Below are positions 19,201 to 26,082 of a DNA stretch of 64,000 nt, in pieces. Position 1 is the stretch's first letter; every line of letters starts with the position of its first letter. Origin of the DNA: a virus; the IMG/VR virus record IMGVR_UViG_3300030012_001865, positions 1-64,000 of that record. The stretch is one strand, 5' to 3'. Under the pieces are notes generated by a model. The model did not search any database. It was not told the DNA's origin and was given only the letters and a program-made list of their open reading frames with translations. A program made the translations under genes and the position numbers.

Positions 19201-20163
19201 AATATAAAATTTAGGACCTGCTGAATTTAAAATCATACTGTTAGTATAAACTTCTTCTTCAAGTCCATTTGTAACTACACCAGATATAAAGGTTTGAGGT
19301 TTTATAAATCTTCTTTCTTGAACATTTAATAAACCTCCTAAATTTAATATACATAAAGTATTGTATCTAGAAAAAGTAGAATACTGATCTGCTGCTGATC
19401 CTGACGCTAGTTCAGCTATAGCAATAAGATTCTCCTCGTCTATCTCATCTCCTAGCCCCCAGTTGCCTGTAGTAACATCAGTGTCGGTAAGATCTTCGTT
19501 AGATAAATCACCATGAACTACTATAAATCCGTCTCTACCATATATACATTCTAACTGTATATTTAAATAGTGATCTTCACTAAGATATGATCTTGTAAAA
19601 ACACCGTTATTTAAATGCGCATTATAGAGTTTTATAAAAGGAGTGTTTAAATTTGATAAAGACATTAAAGAATTAATACCTGTTGCAAGATCTCTAAATC
19701 CTAACTGTACTCCAATATTATATAAGAGTCTTGTAAATAACGGAGATGCTGCACATGCCGATTGTGATAATTTACACCACGAGTACTTACCTGAAATAAA
19801 ATGCGTCCCATCGTTAAATAGAACTTCTGGAAGCTCTTTATTATCATTAATATTAAAAATAAACTCAGCTTCTTCAGCACTAAAAACTTCTACAACAGTT
19901 ACTCTTAAGTTAGCTGCAAATCCATTTGAAGTTTTATACTTAGTTGAAAACAATAAAGCCCATTGATTAACAGCTTGTTGAATTTCTAAATTAATGTAAG
20001 AAGAATCTACATATTCATTCTCATTAACACTATGATCTATAAAATATGAGAATATGTATTCGCCATCTTCTCCATTTTGAACTGTGTGTATCTTATCTAA
20101 TAAAGGTATTAATACTCCAAAAGAATTAGCTTTACACTCTATTATAGGATTTCTTTTTGCCAT
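10249..20163 (-). CDS. Giant 3,304-aa putative virion appendage protein: degenerate matrixin-like N-terminus, propeller-like region, Cys-rich repeats, C-terminal Cys/helical domain
   Basis: Single uninterrupted ORF with no signal peptide; YNIGVQLG...SLM...IQLECIYG; about 10 GCTD..A.NYNP.A..DDGSC-type repeats plus DCxG repeats; ends LCNAEYCRTC. Confidence 0.8.
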   Translation of the reverse strand: MAKRNPIIECKANSFGVLIPLLDKIHTVQNGEDGEYIFSYFIDHSVNENEYVDSSYINLEIQQAVNQWALLFSTKYKTSNGFAANLRVTVVEVFSAEEAEFIFNINDNKELPEVLFNDGTHFISGKYSWCKLSQSACAASPLFTRLLYNIGVQLGFRDLATGINSLMSLSNLNTPFIKLYNAHLNNGVFTRSYLSEDHYLNIQLECIYGRDGFIVVHGDLSNEDLTDTDVTTGNWGLGDEIDEENLIAIAELASGSAADQYSTFSRYNTLCILNLGGLLNVQERRFIKPQTFISGVVTNGLEEEVYTNSMILNSAGPKFYIYKTNTERLVFTDVLGYKLNSSYTSIPTFTGTPHSYGEQFTYTSDLVSKDLVGAKLNDKEFLVISTYYSNTNELPNLGIFKLSTERDNYLDNGEVIQPCDDALGSASGNFSEFSSYKLDDTELSLNIEGKDQNSAAVATNSNIAFVTFKHHSFVNTGYSAVIINNRKELVIMNISGNLDISEQLPLYGGNAEIDSLTVEQYENYQVTSSGDKDAYPDSDNSATFDNSWGIYEFPFTGDKGFTQISDIQTKKWNPTTKLLDTNVAQEGIDGAVFTKFIIQDELSRFGLVAMTTQWGIILMEWDRVQCTFVPNTFDSNYAENSIGDTHLGYLEHLPVGLGTDGIDRSPIDIEFSRSGQYMFVIAYDPVDEFNKVYKYTIKEGNQILPIDNILESIIELSNSAGVEPNFFMKGNALVAASMNSTLSATLLDSTVSLLYNSTGVNLDLKAIQNKVELPLLENVLLLDPEFQLPNLFDVVTTFSAYGRVNKFVFPDKLVERIDHTDSEYSFKSFTPLSNITHEYGMPGIAGYSINKTNELSAFGHREKMLQSGILTDDAGNGLFIVQEQRICDPLAVPSEETETCLGSSEFDHILTYSAYDFTGRGGRDLVIFDRTGSEIYRTSMASKVPLNPNSPAIAYDPSTYINGSIADVSEDQVYISGLRNTQQNIAFGFDSRASKGVVIFLHTFGGEGFNQDTYNRTQLRAVEIDFMKGTAVSDTQCIFNNNNLLLSGVADGQKYFTPANDDSKVSSNFTGLGGGPSRDLKAQGGEDRFVNEDFYNVFNFPKTAADGAYVGALTFCLGSYPGERYASLNDGGGSRKKYIEGFNGTLQLKVFYIDNGTVTGIMVPFSDPSRPIYSDGLNFPRLEGSESEVHRLWDKNQMQNTFTTISEDSRHMFTIWKGRIFIHEILDRTGFSNLKLLYDYKACDISPGVHDNKIDYLNNGIASNGDWGMQGYPGGNKNTNAGELIYHNVTPTRSCGINYDLTTIGANYGNSALYTDAVFSKIAEDGSQYIILVETTYSGRKYTNSSGNSLAITMEAAIPVANRILKFDFTAFIEDIEANTLAGTGIYCYLTEVVNIGGADYELGSIAGQHFAIDDIDPTQETNYFGLNVNANSSTNAFNNDFNNIWVSGIFKDAAGDILISSTAGYVPTLGKIIETERSIGRGISRTVQGYNLNSYTFASDWNTYKQNNGDILFGWDGDTSSPEINVYQQFFNPVVYNVREITNQEIIIYGCTDPGNPDAGYLTCNYNPQADIDDNSCVYNYDDCGCGTGNRRDLCGVCMKPDSAEWNYSCSVCGHTLAHNYDSSVEDPDFPAALIDNSKCQFRLCGDSAACNYVAPEGLPEGSTIVFDATLCESPEGPTCECDGAQNNTPMLGYCDCNGTPQPTYCECNSTDVKPEFASVYCDCEGAVYVSTPCGCNYDTTLTDIYTIDGETIEVIQGTIDPAFVVPSSGVSYSEVNGSPEGQYYCDCGVSLPTNTDPSQTSSLLRLYHEIFDYTYQTASINDSGEITYSDVTEDAFRMSTEPRYFCAYNEDATTGILIPDNTRSGQKWGRLDHSALTGLKQVNCSEAEEDCAGKCPGDPMYCADCTVSTFYLDANGDGLGNPDTATFLCDHPYLANLISSIGTQYGACSYPAMCYVLEPDPNGPNPCDYCIGNNQTGSYDPCNHIIGCDGQCYPNTGVQWQNTNPAGAGYSPYVPPGMFNTQPFLDYCTGACVNSEVAHNSYIAVNNTFYPGITTWEDQVQCDCGGEDQYGNKFDYFFDCNGDCVNDLNGTPAYDDPQGCGCVGGGTGLEEGYCKGCMDPLATNYDPNATIPCDPDCCEYNEQGFCFDSFACNYYQSDNVVIPEGVVPVKCEDGSCCDYSCYGCTDPNSCQYYDPAHTYECNQYVINPGTPPGDGGHPQTPSFVTIQGHPCECDYESCAGCTDPAACNYDPTATINDGSCDYTSYCQQLAYDEGVAVIVDGVHLTNAEACPHVYGECFSCVNQSTNSCNGGCMQLDPCCGVECGLDEFGNQLFPTVVGDTCSCENDFEPIYGCTNPEAINYNPLANVDDGSCIMPIPGCMDPDALNYNPLANVDDGSCQYEVEGEWPTCDDFVYNNGGSSLCGAAIYWGDGLVDGSVDVFFPQDWGIDNNKNWMFGVRSMYRWNEFRSDVDVWTNLMVNVFDIEKDVNKVLPVPGYFIFGGNVGRYNKFDHFEGMVQRLSPFPEINGGLSQTRIYFYPPFYAHNFHDYEVDGSEIDETITSSTYGAISNNITSNNVVAFEVREDGMFYSTEQNDQFNPSFGIFRGGASGYPVHTMFQQAAVNLPAGATSLIILNPRTGERAISDGTGWTSESVNFMIHSTRSAEAMIPDPAHPNYGDVHVPGESCPNALNFEMRRVGELKYDQTTGNYDMDVYPLPGITLYEPVYHVDDHSVWAAEPNGVHLSVVYYVIYNTAEAGVQIATEIDVSNAFCIGNRDADCDGLCDEEEIPSIPVCTNPNALNYNLQQLSECPNWDPATQTLDMSAPQDTLDCYPSEDMCEFCPPQLEQVCCSTDFPEALNGVDPANLGPCQECSSTGYECEFPPCFNVVETPVCCDPQALSYVNEAPECQYCQYLTDPNTVCIEPVTEVQTGFNIETIYRDSVINGYNFNNYSSTIMPQEWIIYNHDNLVVLSRQYDPTLGEYMETQDDSKVYYDTLEGSGCYYFLPIGFEQHPRFENVTINIRNGTNILHSIYYGATGLGTGTLLNLGSDNTFTTNPNSPNCSVGCGLEGITFVDSPRCNIATSLDNDASTKIMFKISTEPGETLSLTGGNSIRIVDAQSSKIVADISNDDLVDDSIATEYIIVKGYDRYVLMSKFVVGSRNTQPTRSTVNGSYKFEIIDENGIILYSRIITYPYNTSSIKAYPFQIKNEVYGCTDRTSSNYNPLATVDDGSCVEGVFLKCVQEKLFALDLSNCESQQADEALEIYALYKGLIASKEEMNQTKYEKYKEKLSALCNAEYCRTC

Positions 20164-20175
20164 TACTGTGCCTTA

Positions 20176-21720
20176 TTAATTTTTTATGCGTTCTAAAATA
20201 AATGCAACTGTTGATATATCTCCTGAGTCAGAGTTATCTGTTAAAATTTTGATTTCACCAGCTGGCTCCTTCCAGTCTAGAGTAAACACATTATTTACAT
20301 ATATATCTGGAGCTACTCCATCAAAAGTAATATGTCCAAAAACAACAGCAGGAATACCACCTTTATCTTGAGATCTTAAAACTGTAGCCTCAAGAATCCA
20401 TGATTTACTAGTAGGAGAACCTGTAGTTGTATTTGTAACAGAAGTAGATCCTAATAAATCAAGTTTTATTGTTTTTGACGCACTGTTACTTCCTACACTA
20501 CCTGTTGCATATATCTTAAATCCTTCACCTGGAGCATACTGACTAAGATCTTCTATTAATGTTTTAGCCGCTACTTCACTAGTAGATGTTGTACCAAACA
20601 ATCGAGCATCAGTTGTATATCTTTTAATACCTGTTCCCGATGAAGTAGTAGAAGACTGGCTTCCACCTCCACCTATTGTATACCAAAATCCATCGTTATT
20701 ATAAATCTCTACTGTACCTCCATCTGTATTTATAACATAAGTTTTTGCACCATCTATACTATCTAAAGAAGATGTGTCTATAGTAATATTGTTAGTGCCT
20801 GCAGTATTTGATTCATCTTTAATAATGTATTTACAAAATTTAGGAAGATTTAATGTAGAAATAGCAGGAAGAGTTAGAGTAACTGCAGATGTTGCAGTAT
20901 CTACACCTATAATACCTTTATGTTTTTCTTCTAATAGTTGTGCAGTACTACTAATTCTAATATGATTGTATGTAGCACTTTGCTCCTTTTCTACTTTAAG
21001 ATCTGAAGGAGTAATAGCTGATAAAGAATTGTCATAGTTTAATATATCAGAAGCACTTGATTTATAAAATAATCCCGCACTTTCTTCAGTTGCAAAACCA
21101 ATATTTGTATTTAATATTACAAAATCTGAAGATGCTGTTTGCCCTCCAGCAGAAGTATTAGTGCATATAATCATATCTCCAGGAGTAACTTCTACTCCTG
21201 TGTTAGAAAAATTAGCATAACTTTCAGTTAATAAAAAAGTATCTCCTTCTGATGCAGCAGGAAAAGAGTTTGTACTATGTTCCGATAATACTTTTAAAGT
21301 TTTAGCTACTTGTGTGTCTACATAATGTTTATGTACAATCTCAAAAGCATCAGTAATAGTATCTTGTAAATTACTACTGTATTTTAAAATGTTACTTATT
21401 TGAGTGCCTTTAATATCTTTAACTGCACCACGAAGCTGGCCATCTACATACTGTTTAGTTGTTAAATGATCATCAAGTTTAGGTTCTTTGCCGCTGACGG
21501 CAGTGCTAAACTTTGCTGATCTTTTTTTAACAGTTGATTTTTGAACTAGCTGCTGCAGGTTTGAAAATTTGTCACTTAAATTTCCAAGATCTTGCACTAA
21601 GCTTCTTATAAAATCATTTTTACTAATAGTCTTTGTAACATTGTTTTGGACTATTAGTAATAAATCGCCGTTATTGCTAGCGCGACTTCTTTCTAAATTA
21701 GTAATTTTTACGTTTGCCAT
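20176..21720 (-). CDS. Tail fibre/spike-like protein
   Basis: N-terminal KITNL...DLLLIVQNNVTKTI fibre-attachment-type motif; TTKQYVD/HKHYVD repeats; beta-rich C-terminus. Confidence 0.7.
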   Translation of the reverse strand: MANVKITNLERSRASNNGDLLLIVQNNVTKTISKNDFIRSLVQDLGNLSDKFSNLQQLVQKSTVKKRSAKFSTAVSGKEPKLDDHLTTKQYVDGQLRGAVKDIKGTQISNILKYSSNLQDTITDAFEIVHKHYVDTQVAKTLKVLSEHSTNSFPAASEGDTFLLTESYANFSNTGVEVTPGDMIICTNTSAGGQTASSDFVILNTNIGFATEESAGLFYKSSASDILNYDNSLSAITPSDLKVEKEQSATYNHIRISSTAQLLEEKHKGIIGVDTATSAVTLTLPAISTLNLPKFCKYIIKDESNTAGTNNITIDTSSLDSIDGAKTYVINTDGGTVEIYNNDGFWYTIGGGGSQSSTTSSGTGIKRYTTDARLFGTTSTSEVAAKTLIEDLSQYAPGEGFKIYATGSVGSNSASKTIKLDLLGSTSVTNTTTGSPTSKSWILEATVLRSQDKGGIPAVVFGHITFDGVAPDIYVNNVFTLDWKEPAGEIKILTDNSDSGDISTVAFILERIKN

Positions 21721-21722
21721 TA

Positions 21723-22688
21723 TTAATAAGTTTGAGTTGTTGTTGATGTTTGAGTGTTCGTACTAGCATTCTTAATACCTCCGCTGCCTATGTCTAATAA
21801 GTTTCCTTTGTTGTCTAACAATCTAAGGCCGTCATTTAAAAGTAAAGAAACGCCTTGATTACTAGTGTAATCTATTTCAGTAATATCTTCCTCTCCCACA
21901 AGATTTAATATGTTTTGATACTTTATTGCTTTTTTATATTTAAAGTTTAATGCTATTGCAATCTTATCAAAAATAGAAGTTAAATTAACTGTAGTCATCA
22001 TTATATAGTTAGCCATATTTAATCTAGAAACTCCATATTCAAATTTATTAGAAGCTGAAAAAGATAATATAGGTACACTATCATTGTCAACATTAGATAT
22101 TATTTTACCTCCATTATATTCAGCAGACATAGGAGCATGTATTTGTAAACTTGTATTATCAATTACAGATATTGTAAATCCATATCTTGGAGCAGTGTTT
22201 GCCATTTCTTTTAAGAGTTTATATTTAAATGCCTCCAATCCCCAAGTGTTCCATACAGAAGGCCACGAACTAGGATTCTGTTGATGTGTTATAGATATAA
22301 GCTGTCTAATTGTATTATTAGATACACTGCAAACAATATGAGTTTCTCCTGTAGGAAGTTGAACTTTTAAAACTATTGAAAGATTTTTAAAAAGAGGGTA
22401 AATACCAGGTTCTATTAGGTACCAACCTGTATATGAAGATTGAACCCACGGATTCCATTGTATATTACTAAGTGTTATAGGAGTGGGTTCTTTAGGTAAT
22501 TGAATAGTTTCTTGTATTGAAACTTGTTTTAAAAATCGAAGTAAAATATTTAACACATTATACTTACGAATACTTTGCAAAGACTTAATACCTGCGCCAA
22601 GTTTTCCCACAAAAGACCTAGAAAAAGCCCTAACCTGTTCCTTAGCTTTTCTGTATTTTAATATAAATATAGTATTAGAACTTAACAT
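21723..22688 (-). CDS. Hypothetical protein (tail hub region)
   Basis: ORF track; co-oriented within the tail gene cluster. Confidence 0.65.
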   Translation of the reverse strand: MLSSNTIFILKYRKAKEQVRAFSRSFVGKLGAGIKSLQSIRKYNVLNILLRFLKQVSIQETIQLPKEPTPITLSNIQWNPWVQSSYTGWYLIEPGIYPLFKNLSIVLKVQLPTGETHIVCSVSNNTIRQLISITHQQNPSSWPSVWNTWGLEAFKYKLLKEMANTAPRYGFTISVIDNTSLQIHAPMSAEYNGGKIISNVDNDSVPILSFSASNKFEYGVSRLNMANYIMMTTVNLTSIFDKIAIALNFKYKKAIKYQNILNLVGEEDITEIDYTSNQGVSLLLNDGLRLLDNKGNLLDIGSGGIKNASTNTQTSTTTQTY

Positions 22689-22697
22689 AGTTTAAAA

Positions 22698-25600
22698 TTA
22701 ATTTGTAAAATTAATAATTTTATTGTATAAACCTTTAAAATTTAACATTTTTTCAGATATAACTGGAATCTTATCTAAAGATACAATTCCTTTTTGAACA
22801 GCTGATGCCATAGAATATAAAGGATTGTTATTAGAATCAGTTAACTCTCCACTAATTCTATGGTACGAAAACTGTCCTACATATGGATCTCCATTTCTTT
22901 GAACTAGATCAACTCCTAACGAATAAGAAACTAACGTAAGTCCTGACACAGCTTCTTGAGAAGTAGTTAAATAAGTATGGTAAGGATCTTCAGGAACTAC
23001 ACCTAAAATACATATATCTTCATCATAAACTTGTGCTTCAAAAGGCCATCCATGCTGCTCTCGTAACTGCTCTCCAAAAGCTTTTGTCATGCTAAATCCA
23101 AAATCTCCATTATCAAATAAGTATTCCATTCTTAATAGCTGATAAGGACTAAATACAATTCTAGAAATATTTTGACTTCCAAACGATTCGTTAGGATGTA
23201 AGGCACTTGTAGCTCTAAAAAGTTCTGTAACACCACCGTATACAAAAACATATTCACTTTGCCCATAGTTCATAAAATTATATAAACTAGAGTAACTTTG
23301 TTTGGTGTACCCTGAACTAGTGAGAGGGTTTAATTTTGCAACTCGACTTCTAGTTTGTTTATATGATGTATCAAATACACCAGCAGCGTTATACCAGTCG
23401 TCGTCGGGATCGTCATATCTAGAATTTATCCCTCCTGGGTTTTCAAAAAGATCCATAAATGACCATGCAACAAAGTCTTTATTATATCTTAAAAGATGTC
23501 CTAGTCTTTGAACTGAACACTCCGAATCTTGATCGTACCAATTTCCTGGTATTAAATTATAACCACCATAATAAGCTAAGTAAGAAGGGTCGTTTTTACC
23601 CATTAATCCTGCAAGTTTTGATATATCTTGAAAATAAAATTCAACAGGTAATTGTCCCCACAGTGCTCTATGAAACACATTAGATGTATGCCTTTGCCCA
23701 ACACCGTTATGGTATCTATCTAAAACTTCAAGTTCTTCACCTTGTTTTGATTTTGTTCTATATAAATCATCTCCTTCAATTAAATAATGGCTTGGACTAT
23801 AAAAAGACTTATAGACACTAGTCGTGTCTGGATAATCTATAAAGTAACTAGAGTTTTGAAACTTATGCCACTCACTAGGATCACGTAAAATATTTATAAC
23901 ATCTGACCTTTGTATTTGCATTTCCATTTTCCTATACCCCCATAGACTATCTACAAGCATATTTCCTTTTAGCGTTGCTCCACTTGATGTATCTACAGAG
24001 TACACAAATCTATTATAACCTCTAGTCCAAGGATCATATGTTTTTTCTATTGTCCAATAAGATCGTATTGTCATACTACGTCTTGGATTCTCCTGCAGAA
24101 TAGTAGGGCCTTCAGTGTCAAATAACACAAAACCAGATGCTTCAGCTTCAGTAAAACAAAGTTCATAACATTCGTCATATAACACACCCTCAGATTCGCC
24201 TGTAGAATCTATACAAGAAGATCTACATGCTCTTTCTTCTCTTTCTTGAAGCCATGCCGAAGGTCCTCCTACCATATCTTCTGTAACATCTCCAATATAA
24301 ACATTCTGATCAATGTGTAGACAAGGGCAGTTTGTTGGACTATAAGCTTGAGATGCAGGACCTACATATTGAGGATAATCTCCTGAATTACCATTTGGTA
24401 AAGTGTAACTACTGCTAGGTTTTAAACCTCTATACAGTGCCCCTTCCTCAGTCAAACTAAAAGTTTGCCATGTGTCGGGAGCATCATCGTATGGAATAAA
24501 AGTTAAAGGATTTAATTTAGTGTTGTCTTCAGGATTACAAACTGCTAAATAAGCAACTGTAACTATATTCTCGAAATCGTCAATGTTTCTTTTCTTATCC
24601 TGCTCTGGGTGTATTGGCATCATATAATCTTGCACAGGATACCCCGTTAAAGTCTCAAAATTATTAAATTTTTGAGTGTTACCTCGCATAAATAATCTAT
24701 AATGTGCATCTAATTCAGGAAGGTAATTAAGATCATTTGGATTTCTAGATTTATTATATATCTCAAAATTACTAACAATAGCTGTTGCGTCCCAATTGTA
24801 TGTATTATTTCTTACAGTAATAAGTTCTGGATGATTTGGTAAATTATCAAAAGCATCATCTGTCCCACTTTTACCATCTAACACTTGTTTTCTTTTTGCT
24901 ATTTCACCCCACTTATCATATAACCACTGCGCTTCAAAAGCAGCACCACTATTAGCATGATGATGATTATGCCACAACCCTAAAGTGTGCCCAAGCTCAT
25001 GAATAAATGTTGAATAAAACCCAGCAGTAAATCTATCGTTTTGAACTTCAGCATGGTAAATACCTCTTGCATACGAACTAGTGAAAAATCCTTTTGATTT
25101 AACATTAGTAATATTGTTATTCTGAGTGCTAGGTGGGAATTGACCTACACCAAGTAAACCTCCTTCATATGGGCCTACATTAGCATGAATATATTTATTG
25201 TGATCTGTTCCTATACCTGTACCGTTAGAATTTTGCTCAGCCTGATCTATACCACTCTCATCGTATGAAGTAGTTGCTCCATGTCTAAGTTTTCTAGTAT
25301 TATTTATATGCCCAATACCACCACTGCTTTTTATCATGCCTTCACAGTTAAGCCATATTTCATCAGCAGTAGCTGTAGGAACTATTCCATAAACTGCTAA
25401 TTCGTCTTCTAAACACAATGGTAAATGCTCTGGTTTAGTTCTAAACGCATCTAACATAGGCCTTAGAATAACAGCATCTTCTACCATATTTTGGCCTGTA
25501 ACATCTAACGGTCCAAAAGCAAATCTTATTTTACTAGCTACACCATGCTCAGGATGATTAATAGGAGCAATAAAATCTTCATCATCTAACCACTCAAGAC

Positions 25601-26081
25601 CTAAATTATATAAGTCCTGTCCACCCCCAACAAACTCTCCTGCAAATACTAAATTTACTAAATTTATAAGATCGTAAAAATATTCTTTTTTAGGAATAGT
25701 TCCTATACCCCAACCGTAAGGCTCTCCTGTTTCAGGGTCACAATCTGCAGGTAAAGCAAAGTACGTCAATGTCATTGGAATCCAAACTATATCGTCTCCC
25801 TCAGCTCTTAGTCCTCCATTAGCTTTTCTATCTGCAACAATCTGCCGCTGCACTGCATAAAGATCTTCTATAGTATCACAGCCAACATAATCAGGAGGTT
25901 GCTGCGCTCTAGTACTAGATCTAATACTAGAAACTTTATCATTTTCTAAAGAATCTTGCTCTGAAGAAGACAGATAAAAATTGTTTTCTTCAGCATCTGC
26001 TGACAAAGATGAGTTAAAACTACTTTGACATGCTAGGTGATTGTCTGCTCTTTTATTATATAAATTTTTAGATCTAGCCAT
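22698..26081 (-). CDS. Metzincin (M43/pappalysin-like) zinc metalloprotease with large insertion
   Basis: HELGHTLGLWH at aa 361-371; GLLGVGQFP; NFMNY...FSPYQLLRM Met-turn-like segment at aa ~937; no signal peptide. Confidence 0.8.
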   Translation of the reverse strand: MARSKNLYNKRADNHLACQSSFNSSLSADAEENNFYLSSSEQDSLENDKVSSIRSSTRAQQPPDYVGCDTIEDLYAVQRQIVADRKANGGLRAEGDDIVWIPMTLTYFALPADCDPETGEPYGWGIGTIPKKEYFYDLINLVNLVFAGEFVGGGQDLYNLGLEWLDDEDFIAPINHPEHGVASKIRFAFGPLDVTGQNMVEDAVILRPMLDAFRTKPEHLPLCLEDELAVYGIVPTATADEIWLNCEGMIKSSGGIGHINNTRKLRHGATTSYDESGIDQAEQNSNGTGIGTDHNKYIHANVGPYEGGLLGVGQFPPSTQNNNITNVKSKGFFTSSYARGIYHAEVQNDRFTAGFYSTFIHELGHTLGLWHNHHHANSGAAFEAQWLYDKWGEIAKRKQVLDGKSGTDDAFDNLPNHPELITVRNNTYNWDATAIVSNFEIYNKSRNPNDLNYLPELDAHYRLFMRGNTQKFNNFETLTGYPVQDYMMPIHPEQDKKRNIDDFENIVTVAYLAVCNPEDNTKLNPLTFIPYDDAPDTWQTFSLTEEGALYRGLKPSSSYTLPNGNSGDYPQYVGPASQAYSPTNCPCLHIDQNVYIGDVTEDMVGGPSAWLQEREERACRSSCIDSTGESEGVLYDECYELCFTEAEASGFVLFDTEGPTILQENPRRSMTIRSYWTIEKTYDPWTRGYNRFVYSVDTSSGATLKGNMLVDSLWGYRKMEMQIQRSDVINILRDPSEWHKFQNSSYFIDYPDTTSVYKSFYSPSHYLIEGDDLYRTKSKQGEELEVLDRYHNGVGQRHTSNVFHRALWGQLPVEFYFQDISKLAGLMGKNDPSYLAYYGGYNLIPGNWYDQDSECSVQRLGHLLRYNKDFVAWSFMDLFENPGGINSRYDDPDDDWYNAAGVFDTSYKQTRSRVAKLNPLTSSGYTKQSYSSLYNFMNYGQSEYVFVYGGVTELFRATSALHPNESFGSQNISRIVFSPYQLLRMEYLFDNGDFGFSMTKAFGEQLREQHGWPFEAQVYDEDICILGVVPEDPYHTYLTTSQEAVSGLTLVSYSLGVDLVQRNGDPYVGQFSYHRISGELTDSNNNPLYSMASAVQKGIVSLDKIPVISEKMLNFKGLYNKIINFTN

Positions 26082-26082
26082 A

